Assembly: GCA_965248925.1 (NCBI GenBank)
Contig: CBDFLE010000006.1
Coordinates: 2,528,001-2,592,000 of the forward strand
From: Candidatus Multivoradales bacterium
GTDB taxonomy: Bacteria > Acidobacteriota > Thermoanaerobaculia > Multivoradales > J023
Length of the DNA stretch: 64,000 nt
Direction of reading: 5' to 3'
Part shown: positions 28,744 to 38,502 of the stretch, in pieces
How positions within the stretch are numbered: the stretch's first letter is position 1
Layout of the letters: the number at the start of each line of letters is the position of its first letter
The notes under the pieces: model-generated
Told to the model about the DNA's origin: nothing
What the model saw: only the letters and a program-made list of their open reading frames with translations
The model's database searches: none
Program-made: the position numbers and the translations under genes

Positions 28744-30276
28744 TCAGATTTCCATCACCGCCGCCACGTCGTCGTCCAGGGCATCACCCTGTGGTGAGCC
28801 GGTCCACCAAGAAACTAGAAACAACACCGAAAACGACGCCGCCAACGACACCACCGAGGGCAATACACCGGCCTGTAGAAAGCTGGCTTTGGGCAACGCC
28901 GGAAAGTAGGTCTGCTTGGCCAAGAACTCAAGCACCAGATTGAGGCCCATGCCGGTGACAATCGAAGCGCTAGCAGCGGCGGCGTTGACCCGTTTCCAAT
29001 TCAAACCAACAACAATCGAGGGCGCCAGCGCAGCAGCAAAGGTGCCAAAGGCGAAGGTGCCCAGCAAGGCGATGAGGTCGCCATAGAGCAAGGCGAAACC
29101 GGCCGCCGCCAACGCTAGACCAACCACCGCCCAGCGGCCCCAAAAGAGCTGCCGCGAAAGGGGCCTGCCGCAGGCTCGCGGCAGGTCTCGCACCAAAGCC
29201 GCCGAGCCAATATTGACCAGCGAATCAGCAGTCGACATGATCGCCGCCAAAATACCGGCGAAGACCAGCCCGGCGAGCAACTCGGGAACGAAGCCAAGCA
29301 AGAAAAGCGGCGAGGCGTCGTCCGGATTGGCCAGCGGCAGTAGCTGACCCTGGGCCACCAAAGCCGGCACTGCGAGCCCAATACCGAGCCAGATCAACAC
29401 ACACAATGCCTGGGTCACGGCGATCACCAAGGGCAACCACTTGAGCTTGCGCGGGTCGTCCAGCATGTAGAACTTGTGCAACATCTGCGGCTGGCCCAAG
29501 GTGCCAACCGCGAAGACAAAAAAGAAGCCCATCGCGGTGAAGAGCGGCAGCCGGCCCAGCGGATCGAGGAATGTCGGACCGAATACATCGGAGTCGGCAA
29601 TCGAGCGGGTGATCTCTCCCAAGCCACCACCCGAGCGCAAGGCGTAGAAGAACACCGAGCCCGCCGCCAGCACCATCAGCGACCCTTGCACCAAGTCGGT
29701 GTAGACGCCGGCCAACATGCCGCCGCCAGTAGCGTAGAGCAGCACCACGACTAACCCAACACCCATCGCCACCGGCAAACTCCAAGGCCCGAGGATCTCG
29801 CGGGTGCCGAAGATCGCCTCGATGATCACCCCCATGGCCAACAGCTGGGCAGCCAAATAGCTGACACTGCCCACCACCACGGCCACCGCGGCCAGCCCCG
29901 AGGCCAACCGGCTGCGGTAACGCACTAAGATAGCGTCGGGAACGGTGAACACCTCGCGCACTTCCGCCAGCAAGCGCAGTCGCTTGGCCACCGTCCAGCA
30001 TAGCAAGGCGGCAGTGAAACTCACCGGCAAGCAGATAAAGAGCGACGCCATCCCCAAGCGGTAGGTCAACCCCGGACCGCCAATGAAAACGAAGCCGCTG
30101 AAAGCCGCCGACATGGTCGCCAAACCGGTGACCAGCAGGCCTATGCCCTGACCGGCGATGAAGAAATCACGTACATTGCGGGTACGGCGCGCCGCCCATA
30201 GGCCGATTGCCAACACCACCACCAGGTAGACCAAGGAGGTAGCGATGATCACCGGCCTAGCTACCAACGGGTTCAT
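28744..30276 (-). CDS. Sodium:solute symporter (PanF/PutP-like)
   Basis: DFFIAG, SAAFSGFVFIGGPG, YTDLVQG, AAIMSTADS. Confidence 0.92.
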   Translation of the reverse strand: MNPLVARPVIIATSLVYLVVVLAIGLWAARRTRNVRDFFIAGQGIGLLVTGLATMSAAFSGFVFIGGPGLTYRLGMASLFICLPVSFTAALLCWTVAKRLRLLAEVREVFTVPDAILVRYRSRLASGLAAVAVVVGSVSYLAAQLLAMGVIIEAIFGTREILGPWSLPVAMGVGLVVVLLYATGGGMLAGVYTDLVQGSLMVLAAGSVFFYALRSGGGLGEITRSIADSDVFGPTFLDPLGRLPLFTAMGFFFVFAVGTLGQPQMLHKFYMLDDPRKLKWLPLVIAVTQALCVLIWLGIGLAVPALVAQGQLLPLANPDDASPLFLLGFVPELLAGLVFAGILAAIMSTADSLVNIGSAALVRDLPRACGRPLSRQLFWGRWAVVGLALAAAGFALLYGDLIALLGTFAFGTFAAALAPSIVVGLNWKRVNAAAASASIVTGMGLNLVLEFLAKQTYFPALPKASFLQAGVLPSVVSLAASFSVLFLVSWWTGSPQGDALDDDVAAVMEI

Positions 30277-30797
30277 CGGTGCGCAGTTCTTGACCGTGGC
30301 GGATCGACCTCCGGCTCCGCCGCGCTACCGCCGGTCCGCCGTTGCAGTTCTTCGAGATCGCTGGCGCGCAATGCCCAGCTGTCGAAGGTCCAGGCATAGC
30401 CCAGAGAACTCACCAGCATCGGTAGCAGGCCCAAGCCGATGAGTTGCAAGACAACACCCGCGGGCAACCCCCACCATCGCGGACCCTGCCCGACCTGGCC
30501 GGCAAACCACAGCATGCCACCAACGGAACCCAGCGCCAGCGCGACGAGCAGCGCCAGTGGCCAGCGCACGGGCCCCAAGCGACCTCCGCGAGCGACACCC
30601 AAGGCGATCAGCAGGAAAGGGAACAAGGTCGACGACAAGGCGAAAAGTACCGCCGATGGCCGGCCCGGTACAACACAAGTCACCAAGATGACCAACGAGG
30701 CGACCGCCAGAGAGATCGGAGCCCAGTTGGGAGCACTCGCCCGGACCCGTCCGGCGTTTTCTGGCTGGCTTTGGGCGACGGTAAATGGTCCTGTCAT
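30273..30797 (-). CDS. Small membrane protein coupled to the symporter
   Basis: About 4 TM helices, WWGLP motif, ATGA overlap with the symporter. Confidence 0.65.
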   Translation of the reverse strand: MTGPFTVAQSQPENAGRVRASAPNWAPISLAVASLVILVTCVVPGRPSAVLFALSSTLFPFLLIALGVARGGRLGPVRWPLALLVALALGSVGGMLWFAGQVGQGPRWWGLPAGVVLQLIGLGLLPMLVSSLGYAWTFDSWALRASDLEELQRRTGGSAAEPEVDPPRSRTAHR

Positions 30798-31115
30798 GGG
30801 TGCCTCTATTCGCTAGCCGTGCAAACCACCGGAAAGCCTTCTAGAGGCCGGGATGGTACCACCATGGTAAGCATCCGTACTCTCAGGTCTGGGCGGTCTA
30901 GCACCGCGCCAGTTTGGCTACCGAGATTGCACCCACCGTCCTCGATCGCTGTCATCCAGGCGCCATCAATCCCAACAGCACCCTCGTCATGGAAACCGCT
31001 CAACGGCTCTGATCCGCCGCAAAAGAGACGGGAAGTCCACCCCAGGCGGAAGTTTTTCCCATCCAATGAACCCTCCGAAAACGAATAGAATCAACAGGAC
31101 AACCGCATCAAGGCT

Positions 31116-31132
31116 TTGGCACGATATGTGCT
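31116..31132 (+). promoter_or_regulatory. sigma54 (-24/-12) promoter
   Basis: TTGGCACGATATGTGCT, correct GG-N10-GC spacing and one mismatch to TGGCACG-N4-TTGCW. Confidence 0.7.
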
Positions 31133-31158
31133 TGTCCTATATAGCGGAGGAACGGACC

Positions 31159-31791
31159 ATGCAGGTCGAGCAACCCATGAGCAATCCCGCGCCACAGCAT
31201 CTTGGCTGGAATTTCGAGGCATCGGCTATTCCCTTTGTCGACGCGCTTTACAACATGGCCTATCGCCTGGCCCGCAATGCCGAAGACGCCGAGGACCTGG
31301 TCCAGGAGACCTACCTCAAGGCCTACAAGTACTACGACAAGTTCGAGCCGGGGACCAATCTCAAGGCTTGGCTGTTCAAAATTTTGAAGAACACCTTCAT
31401 CAATGGGTACCGCAAGCGCCAGAACCAACCACCCCAGAGCGCTTTCTCAGACATTGAAGAGTCGTTCGAGAGCCTGGTCAGCGACGAGGCCGGGCGAAAT
31501 TCCAAAACTCCCGAGGAAGAAGTCCTCGACAAGGTGCTCGACGAAGATGTGCAAGAGGCTCTGAGTAGTCTTTCGGAAGACTACCGAATGGTCATCGACT
31601 TGGTAGACCTGGAAGGGTTCTCCTACAAGGAGGCCGCGTCGATCCTGGAGGTGCCAGTGGGTACGGTGATGAGCCGCCTCTACCGCGGCCGACGAATGCT
31701 GGAACAGGCCCTGCTGCTCTATGCCCGGGGCCACGGCTATTTACGCACCGGCGAGCCGAGCAAGATGCGCACCCGCAAAGGAGCCGCTTGA
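31159..31791 (+). CDS. ECF sigma factor (SigH/SigR-like)
   Basis: [46 protein letters not shown]; ATG 31159 after GGAGGA. Confidence 0.93.
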   Translation: MQVEQPMSNPAPQHLGWNFEASAIPFVDALYNMAYRLARNAEDAEDLVQETYLKAYKYYDKFEPGTNLKAWLFKILKNTFINGYRKRQNQPPQSAFSDIEESFESLVSDEAGRNSKTPEEEVLDKVLDEDVQEALSSLSEDYRMVIDLVDLEGFSYKEAASILEVPVGTVMSRLYRGRRMLEQALLLYARGHGYLRTGEPSKMRTRKGAA

Positions 31792-31963
31792 GCCCTTCGA
31801 GAAGCCAAACCAATGCAGCGTGGAATAAGCCCTGCGGACTGCGGGTTGGAAGAGCCGGGCACAGTTGCAACAACACCGGCACCATCGCTCCCGCGCAGTC
31901 GTAGACCAGGCAACGGACAACCTCTGAGCACCCGGAACGCAAGCATGAACGGACCCCGCAAGC

Positions 31964-32215
31964 ATGAATTGTAAGCAGGTCACGGAAGAGTTGGTCTTCC
32001 TGTTCATCGACAACGAGATGGGCCAGGAGATCTTGATCGCTTATCACAAGCACATCTCCCACTGCCCACACTGTGCTCAAGAGCTGCGCTATACCCGGCG
32101 TTTGATCGCCACCGTGCGGCGCACGACCCAGCGGCAACCCGCTCCAGAGCGGCTGCGCAAGCGTATCCTCTCCTCAATGCCCCACCGACTATCGGCAGAC
32201 CAACGGGAAGTCTGA
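31964..32215 (+). CDS. Zinc-finger anti-sigma factor (zf-HC2)
   Basis: N-terminal Cys and HISHCPHC (HxxxCxxC); soluble, 83 aa. Confidence 0.88.
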   Translation: MNCKQVTEELVFLFIDNEMGQEILIAYHKHISHCPHCAQELRYTRRLIATVRRTTQRQPAPERLRKRILSSMPHRLSADQREV

Positions 32216-32216
32216 G

Positions 32217-32678
32217 ATGGGCCGGCACAAATCTCGGGCGGTGCTCACTTTAGCCTTGCTGCTCACTTTGGGGGTCGCCCCGCTGGGGGCCGTTAGCAAC
32301 GACATCATCTTGCCCGGCCTGAACGGTGGGCAGCTCGCCGAAGCCGACCTCGACAGCGGCTCGCATGTCATCGTGGTGTGGGCGTCATGGTCTCCCCACT
32401 GCCGCGACATCGTCGAGCGAGTCAACCGACTGAATTCGACTTGGTCGAGCAAAGTACGGATCTCGACGGTGGTTTTTCAGGAGTCGCCGGAAAAAATACG
32501 CGCCTTCCTCCGGCGTAAGAACATGTTGGCGCCGATCTTCTTAGACACCGACGGCGTGTTTTCCAAGAAACACGCCGTCACCTCCCTACCCGGCCTGTTG
32601 ATAGTCGACAGCGGCAGAGTCGCATTCAACGGCAAGTTGCCGGCCAATCCGGATTCCCTGCTCAGCCAGACTTTCTGA
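32217..32678 (+). CDS. Exported TlpA-like redoxin with SxxC site
   Basis: Signal peptide; VWASWSPHC; VTSLP cis-Pro loop. Confidence 0.8.
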   Translation: MGRHKSRAVLTLALLLTLGVAPLGAVSNDIILPGLNGGQLAEADLDSGSHVIVVWASWSPHCRDIVERVNRLNSTWSSKVRISTVVFQESPEKIRAFLRRKNMLAPIFLDTDGVFSKKHAVTSLPGLLIVDSGRVAFNGKLPANPDSLLSQTF

Positions 32679-32711
32679 CTGCCAGCGACCGCTCTCGACA
32701 GCGGCTTCTCT

Positions 32712-33482
32712 TCACAGCAAATGGCGTAGACGGCCATAACCGCTGCGGCTGATGGGCAAGCGGGTACCATCGGCCAAGATCGCCACCCTGCTGTCCTTGG
32801 CATAGAGTTCGATCTTGGCCAAGCGGTCCAAGTTGAGCACGTAGGATCGATGGATGCGTACAAAACGGCGTTCATCGAGCTGGCTGGCCAGATCGCTGAG
32901 TGTTTGCTGTTTGCGCAATGAGATCACGGCCTTCGGCGAGGGCCCGCGGACCTTAAGTACCACATGGTCGTCCTGCGCTTCGACATAGTCCAAGCGTTCG
33001 ACCGGGACGACGTGGATCCGCGCTCCCTCGCGCACCAAGATCCGCTGCAAAGGCCCCTGCCCTCCACCAGCCTCGCGAGCCAGCCCGGCCAAAGACGGTA
33101 ACTTCTCCGGCAATGCCAGACGGGCTAGAGCCTCTGCCAAACGATCGGCGCTGAACGGCTTTAGCAGATAGTCGACGGCATGGACCTCGAAGGCCCTGAT
33201 CGCGTGCTCGTCGAAAGCGGTGACGAAGATCACCGCCGGGTGCTCTTCGCCAAGTAGCTCAACTACTTCGAAACCGTTCAATTTAGGCATCTGAATATCG
33301 AGCAGCAAGACGTCGGGAGCTAACTCGGTAACTGCTTTAACTGCCTCGAAACCGTTCTCGCACTCAGCAACCACCTGGTTGGCAGCCCCAGCCCGACTGA
33401 GTTCGACAAGATACTCGCGCAGCAACTGCCGCGCCGGTGCCTCGTCATCGACGATGACTATGCGCAATGTTCGCTCACTCAC
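32712..33482 (-). CDS. LytTR-family response regulator
   Basis: IVDDE, LLDIQMP, FVRIHRSYVLN. Confidence 0.95.
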   Translation of the reverse strand: MSERTLRIVIVDDEAPARQLLREYLVELSRAGAANQVVAECENGFEAVKAVTELAPDVLLLDIQMPKLNGFEVVELLGEEHPAVIFVTAFDEHAIRAFEVHAVDYLLKPFSADRLAEALARLALPEKLPSLAGLAREAGGGQGPLQRILVREGARIHVVPVERLDYVEAQDDHVVLKVRGPSPKAVISLRKQQTLSDLASQLDERRFVRIHRSYVLNLDRLAKIELYAKDSRVAILADGTRLPISRSGYGRLRHLL

Positions 33483-34594
33483 TCGACGCTCTCCTGCCCC
33501 ATGTCCATCTCGACCACGGGCTTGGATTGACGGGCCCTCGGCAGCGTCACTTCCGCGCGAAAACGACCTGCCGACACCCTGATTCGGAGTTGGCCGCTGT
33601 CGCCGTAACGCATCGCCAACCGCCGCCTAACATTGTCCAGGCCGATGCCACTGCCACTGCCCTGCCCTTGCTCCCGGTCGCGCTCGGGATCGACGGCATT
33701 CTCGATCCTCAGCCGTAACAAACCTCCCGCACAGCCGGCAATGATCTGGATCGTACTGCCTTCAACCAATTGAGCCACGCCATGGCGAACGGCGTTCTCC
33801 ACCAGGGGCTGCAACAACAGCGGTGGCAGTAGACAACTGGCGCTACCTGCCCCGATCCGGCGCTCGACGCGCAGCCGCTCGCCAAAGCGTATCTGCTCGA
33901 TTTCGAGGTAGAGATCGACCAGCTTTAGCTCATCTTTGAGCACGATCCGGTCATGCTTGGCGACCTCCAGGCTGTGACGAAGGAAACCAGCCAGTCGAAT
34001 GCACATTTGCCGTGCTTGAGTCGGGTCGCCAGACACCAACGAGGCGATCGAATTTAGACTGTTGAACAGGAAGTGAGGGTCGATCTGTGCCTTCAGTGCT
34101 CGCAATTCGGCCCCCTGAGCCAACAATTCGAGCTCCAGCGCCTGACTCTGGGCGGCGCGTGAAACCTCCTGCGCCTGCATCAGGTAATGCACCGCAACCG
34201 CCAAGACGTACAACAAACAACCGAAGACGAAGATCAAAGAGAGGCTGGCGGACCAGGACTGGCGGGCGGCCTCGAGCCCAAATGAACCCGCTAGCAAGCC
34301 CGCCCACTGCCATCCGGCGCCGATCATCAGGCCACTGGCGAATAGCCCTGCCACCAGGTGACTGGCCACCAGACGGATTGCCGGCGTGCCGTCCAGAGGG
34401 AGGGTGCGGCAGAGGTACCACGAGGCCAAACAACTGAAGGCGTGCAACACCACCACCGGCAACAGCAGCAAGAGAGCAACGCTGCGCGGTGCGCCGGTCA
34501 ACCGCACCGCGATTTCGGCCAGCAGCAAACCCGCGGGTAGAAAGAGTAGCAAGTAGAAGGCCAGGCGCCGGCCTTGAGCAAGGATCGGATGCAC
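33479..34594 (-). CDS. LytS/YehU-type sensor histidine kinase
   Basis: LKAQIDPHFLFNSLNSI, LQPLVENAVRHG, GIGLDNV. Confidence 0.93.
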   Translation of the reverse strand: MHPILAQGRRLAFYLLLFLPAGLLLAEIAVRLTGAPRSVALLLLLPVVVLHAFSCLASWYLCRTLPLDGTPAIRLVASHLVAGLFASGLMIGAGWQWAGLLAGSFGLEAARQSWSASLSLIFVFGCLLYVLAVAVHYLMQAQEVSRAAQSQALELELLAQGAELRALKAQIDPHFLFNSLNSIASLVSGDPTQARQMCIRLAGFLRHSLEVAKHDRIVLKDELKLVDLYLEIEQIRFGERLRVERRIGAGSASCLLPPLLLQPLVENAVRHGVAQLVEGSTIQIIAGCAGGLLRLRIENAVDPERDREQGQGSGSGIGLDNVRRRLAMRYGDSGQLRIRVSAGRFRAEVTLPRARQSKPVVEMDMGQESVE

Positions 34595-34659
34595 CGCTCA
34601 ACCCCGCCTCAGCCAAGAGCTGAGCAGCACAGGATCGGCGCCTACTGGAATCTCTATCC

Positions 34660-35367
34660 TCAGTTCTTGATCTCCACGCCACCCATGATGGCAAAGCCTT
34701 TGACCACCAAGCGCTGTTCCGGTCCCTCCGCATCGGCGTTCTTGCGGCTACCGTCACTCCAGTCACCGAGTAGCGAGACCACCTTGACCACTACAGTCCA
34801 ATCGTCGGGCACCCGGATCTCGATACCACCCCAGAAAGCGAAGGCGTCGATCACCGCCGGGCCGTTGCTGATTCGGGCATCGCGCAAGTCCACCTCGCAG
34901 CCGCCCATGAGAGCAAAGAAGTCGCCGCCGCGAAAATCGGCTGAGCTGCTGCGCCGAGTCACTCCTCCCATCACCGCTACTGCACTGGCCGTATCTCCAC
35001 CCTCGGATTCGCCTTGCGTACTAACCAGGCCCTGCCAGACCAAGTAACCACCCAAGAGAACCAACAGCAGCGGCCAGAACTCAAAGGTGCCGTAGGGCAG
35101 CACGTCGAGCAGAGTGAGCTGCATCCAGAGACCGATCGCCGCCAGGACGAAGCCGGTCGCTCGGCCAGCTCTACTTGCCGGCCAGAAGAACTTACCAAGA
35201 CCAGCAGCCACTATCACCAACGGCCAAAAGTCGAACAGATGATCCACCTCGAGCCAGCCGAGAGTGTCGAAGGTGTAGAGCACGCCGACGACAATCAAGA
35301 GCAAGCCAAAGGCGAAGCGGGGCGCGAAACCGCTCTTCTCAGAACGCTCTACTACCGAACTAGACAT
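34660..35367 (-). CDS. LiaF-like membrane protein (TM domain plus C-terminal GG-repeat beta domain)
   Basis: FWPL TM repeats, ALMGGCEVDLRDA, AIMGGVEIKN. Confidence 0.8.
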   Translation of the reverse strand: MSSSVVERSEKSGFAPRFAFGLLLIVVGVLYTFDTLGWLEVDHLFDFWPLVIVAAGLGKFFWPASRAGRATGFVLAAIGLWMQLTLLDVLPYGTFEFWPLLLVLLGGYLVWQGLVSTQGESEGGDTASAVAVMGGVTRRSSSADFRGGDFFALMGGCEVDLRDARISNGPAVIDAFAFWGGIEIRVPDDWTVVVKVVSLLGDWSDGSRKNADAEGPEQRLVVKGFAIMGGVEIKN

Positions 35368-35722
35368 GGGAACTCTCCTTCTCCGCCAAGCGTCGCTGCG
35401 CTGGGGTCAGACTGCGTAACACGATCGACAGCCCAACGGCGACAATCAGCAGCGGCCAGGTTTGCCGCAAATCATAGTAGGCCAGCCGGTCGAGCAGCAA
35501 CAATATGCCGAGAGTGATCACCACCAACCCGCCAAAATCTGTGGTCGGCCGTAGCAGCTTGGAAAGACCCAGCACAATCAGTAGCACGGGCCAGAAGTCG
35601 ACCAGCTTGTCAGCACGAAAGAAGCCGAGCTGATCGGCGAGAAACAGGGCTCCCAGCGAAACCAGTGTCAGTCCAAAAACCAACCTGCCCAGGTCGATAG
35701 AGTGGGAATGATCTTCGCGCAT
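35360..35722 (-). CDS. LiaF/LiaI-like (DUF5668-type) membrane protein
   Basis: FWPVLLIVLG and TWPLLIVAVG repeats; ATG 35722 after GGAGGT. Confidence 0.75.
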   Translation of the reverse strand: MREDHSHSIDLGRLVFGLTLVSLGALFLADQLGFFRADKLVDFWPVLLIVLGLSKLLRPTTDFGGLVVITLGILLLLDRLAYYDLRQTWPLLIVAVGLSIVLRSLTPAQRRLAEKESSHV

Positions 35723-35898
35723 CGGCACCTCCTCACTATCCTGATGGTCACTTAGTAGCGGCGGCTCACTACTCATCCTACGCAAAGTGGCCGCCCGTTG
35801 CTCGCACCCACCGGTGAACGGCGGCTACTAGACGGCCAGCGGTGCCGTAAGCTGATTCGGCATCGCCTGCTACCGCCGAGCCCATAAGATGCTCTCCG

Positions 35899-38493
35899 AT
35901 GGCCGACTCGTCCGCAACGCCAAACCTGGCCACCCTACCTATCGACCGGGTGCTACCACAGCTGCTCGAACAGCTGGGCCGGGCCGGCTCGGTGGTTCTT
36001 GACGCTCCCACCGGTGCGGGCAAGACCTCCCGGGTACCTCCAGCGGTGATGCAGAGCAGCCTGGTCGCGGGCCAACTGGTGATGCTCGAACCTCGCCGGG
36101 TGGCCGCCCGGACGGCAGCTCGGCGGATCGCCACCGAACAAGGTTGGCGCCTGGGTGGCGAGGTCGGCTACCAAGTGCGCTTTGACCGCCGGGCTGGACC
36201 TGACACCCGGCTGCTAGTGGTTACCGAGGGCGTGCTGGTGGCTTGGCTGCAACGCGATCCTTTCCTCGAGGGAGTCGGCGGGCTGATCTTCGATGAATTC
36301 CACGAGCGCAGCCTGAACAGCGATCTGGCACTGGCTATGGCACGGCGGCTGCAAAACCAAGCGCGGCCCGATCTGCGCCTGTTGGTGATGTCGGCAACCC
36401 TGGAGAGCGCCCGCTTGGCCGCTTTCCTCGGCGATTGTCCGGTCGTGCGCAGCCAGGGCCGGCTGTTTGCGGTGGAGAAGCGCTATCTGTCGCGGCCCGA
36501 CCCACGACCGGTGCCGGTAGCCGCCGCCGCAGGGGTGCGCCGAGCGCTGGCCGAGGGGCCGGGTGACGTGCTGTGCTTCCTCCCCGGAGTCGGCGAGATT
36601 CGCCGCACCCACGAGCTACTCGGCCAGTTGTCGGGAATCTCTATCATGCAGCTCTACGGCAACCTGCCGCCGGAGGAACAAGACGCCGTCCTGCGCCCCG
36701 CCTCGTCAGGCAGGCCGGGCCAGCGCAGAGTTGTGTTGTCAACCAACGTGGCCGAGACCTCGGTGACCTTGGTTGGCGTCGGCACGGTGGTCGACAGCGG
36801 TCTGGTACGACGCTCGGCATTCGATCCGACGAGCGGCCTCGATCGGCTGCAACTCGGGCGGATCAGCTTAGCTTCTGCCGAGCAACGGGCAGGACGAGCC
36901 GGACGTCTCGGCCCCGGCTTGTGCCTGCGCCTATGGACCGAGCACGACCACCGCAGCCTGGCTGCTCACGACCGCCCCGAGATTTGCCGGGTCGACCTGT
37001 CGCAGACCGTGTTGCAACTGCACGCCTGGGGCGAGAGCGATGCCCTGGCTTTCACCTGGCTGGACGCTCCCGAGCCAGCCACCATCGGCCGTGCCACCAC
37101 CTTGCTCGAGGAACTCGGAGCTATCGACCAGCACGGTATGACGGAACTCGGTCGGCAGATGGCCCAACTACCATTGCACCCGCGCCTCGCCCGATTGCTG
37201 TTGGCCGCCCGTGACCGGCAGGTACCTCTGCGCCGGGCCGCTTTGTTGGCCGCCCTGCTGGCCGAACGCGACGTGGTGTTGCGCAGCTCAGCGGCCACCA
37301 TCACCACCTCTTCAGACGTCCTCGACCGGCTGCAGGCGGTCGAAGACGTGGCCCGTCAGGGCGACGGCGAGACGGCGGTCGGAGAAGTCCACCGCGGGCG
37401 CGCCCGGCAGGTCCTTCGAGCCGGTCGCCAGATCGCCGCCTTGATAACTCAACGGTTCGGTGCCGGATCCGCCTCCCCACCCAACCGACGCTCGCTGGAT
37501 CAGCCAACCGACAGTGACGAGGACCTGGCTCAGGCGCTGCTCGAGGCCTATCCGGACCGCTTGGCAAAACGCCGTCAACCCCACGACCCGCGCGGCGTCC
37601 TGGTGGGCGGTCGCGGCGTTCGGCTGAGCAGGGCAAGTTCGGTGCACGAAGCTGACTTGTTCCTCTGCCTACAACTCGACGGTGGCCGAGCACACCCCGG
37701 CCGAGCCGCTGAAGCTCGGGTCGACATGGCCTCGGCGGTAGAGCCGGAATGGCTTGCTCAAGATCGCTTGCGCAGCCACGATGAAGTTTTCTTCGATGCC
37801 GCCAAGGAACGCGTATTAGGTTGGCAGCGGGTGTCGTACGAGGATCTGACGATCCACACCCGGCAACGGACGGTCAGCACCAGTGAGGCCGCCGAGGTGT
37901 TGCTGCAAGCCGCCGGCCAGCAACTGCACAGGGCCCTGGCTCTCGACCGACCTGCGATCCATGACTTTCTGAGGCGGCTGCACTGGCTGGCAGCCGAGAT
38001 GCCCGAGCTAGGGCTGCCGAGGTTCGACCACGACCGGCTACGGCGAGCGCTGCCCATGCTGGTCGCCGGCCGCCGATCTTTTGCCGAGCTGCGCCGCGCG
38101 CCGGTGCTCGAAACCCTCCGCGGCTCCCTATCCTACGAGCAAGCGCAAACTCTGGAACAGCACGCGCCGGAATGCCTCACGGTACCCAGCGGCAGCCGCA
38201 TCGCGCTGCGCTACTCAACGGCAGAGCCGCCGCTGCTGGCGGTACGAATCCAAGAACTCTTCGGTCTCGCCGAGACCCCAAGTCTGGCCGCTGGCCGAGT
38301 ACCCGTGCTGTTGCACTTGCTGGCACCGAACGGTCGGCCGCAGCAAATCACCCGCGACTTGGCCAGTTTCTGGCGCAACACCTATCCGCAAGTCCGCAAG
38401 GAACTCCAGGGACGCTATCCCAAACACTCCTGGCCCATCGATCCACTGCAAGCCAGTGCCCAGCGCCGACCCAGCCGCAGACGAAAGCGCTGA
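35899..38493 (+). CDS. hrpB: ATP-dependent helicase HrpB
   Basis: APTGAGKT, DEFHER, MSAT, QRAGRAGR, C-terminal FWRNTYPQVRKELQGRYPKHSWP. Confidence 0.96.
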   Translation: MADSSATPNLATLPIDRVLPQLLEQLGRAGSVVLDAPTGAGKTSRVPPAVMQSSLVAGQLVMLEPRRVAARTAARRIATEQGWRLGGEVGYQVRFDRRAGPDTRLLVVTEGVLVAWLQRDPFLEGVGGLIFDEFHERSLNSDLALAMARRLQNQARPDLRLLVMSATLESARLAAFLGDCPVVRSQGRLFAVEKRYLSRPDPRPVPVAAAAGVRRALAEGPGDVLCFLPGVGEIRRTHELLGQLSGISIMQLYGNLPPEEQDAVLRPASSGRPGQRRVVLSTNVAETSVTLVGVGTVVDSGLVRRSAFDPTSGLDRLQLGRISLASAEQRAGRAGRLGPGLCLRLWTEHDHRSLAAHDRPEICRVDLSQTVLQLHAWGESDALAFTWLDAPEPATIGRATTLLEELGAIDQHGMTELGRQMAQLPLHPRLARLLLAARDRQVPLRRAALLAALLAERDVVLRSSAATITTSSDVLDRLQAVEDVARQGDGETAVGEVHRGRARQVLRAGRQIAALITQRFGAGSASPPNRRSLDQPTDSDEDLAQALLEAYPDRLAKRRQPHDPRGVLVGGRGVRLSRASSVHEADLFLCLQLDGGRAHPGRAAEARVDMASAVEPEWLAQDRLRSHDEVFFDAAKERVLGWQRVSYEDLTIHTRQRTVSTSEAAEVLLQAAGQQLHRALALDRPAIHDFLRRLHWLAAEMPELGLPRFDHDRLRRALPMLVAGRRSFAELRRAPVLETLRGSLSYEQAQTLEQHAPECLTVPSGSRIALRYSTAEPPLLAVRIQELFGLAETPSLAAGRVPVLLHLLAPNGRPQQITRDLASFWRNTYPQVRKELQGRYPKHSWPIDPLQASAQRRPSRRRKR

Positions 38494-38502
38494 AGCGAAC
38501 CT

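Noticed and set aside
32388-32402. Selenocysteine redoxin
   Set aside because: The codon is TCT (Ser), not TGA.
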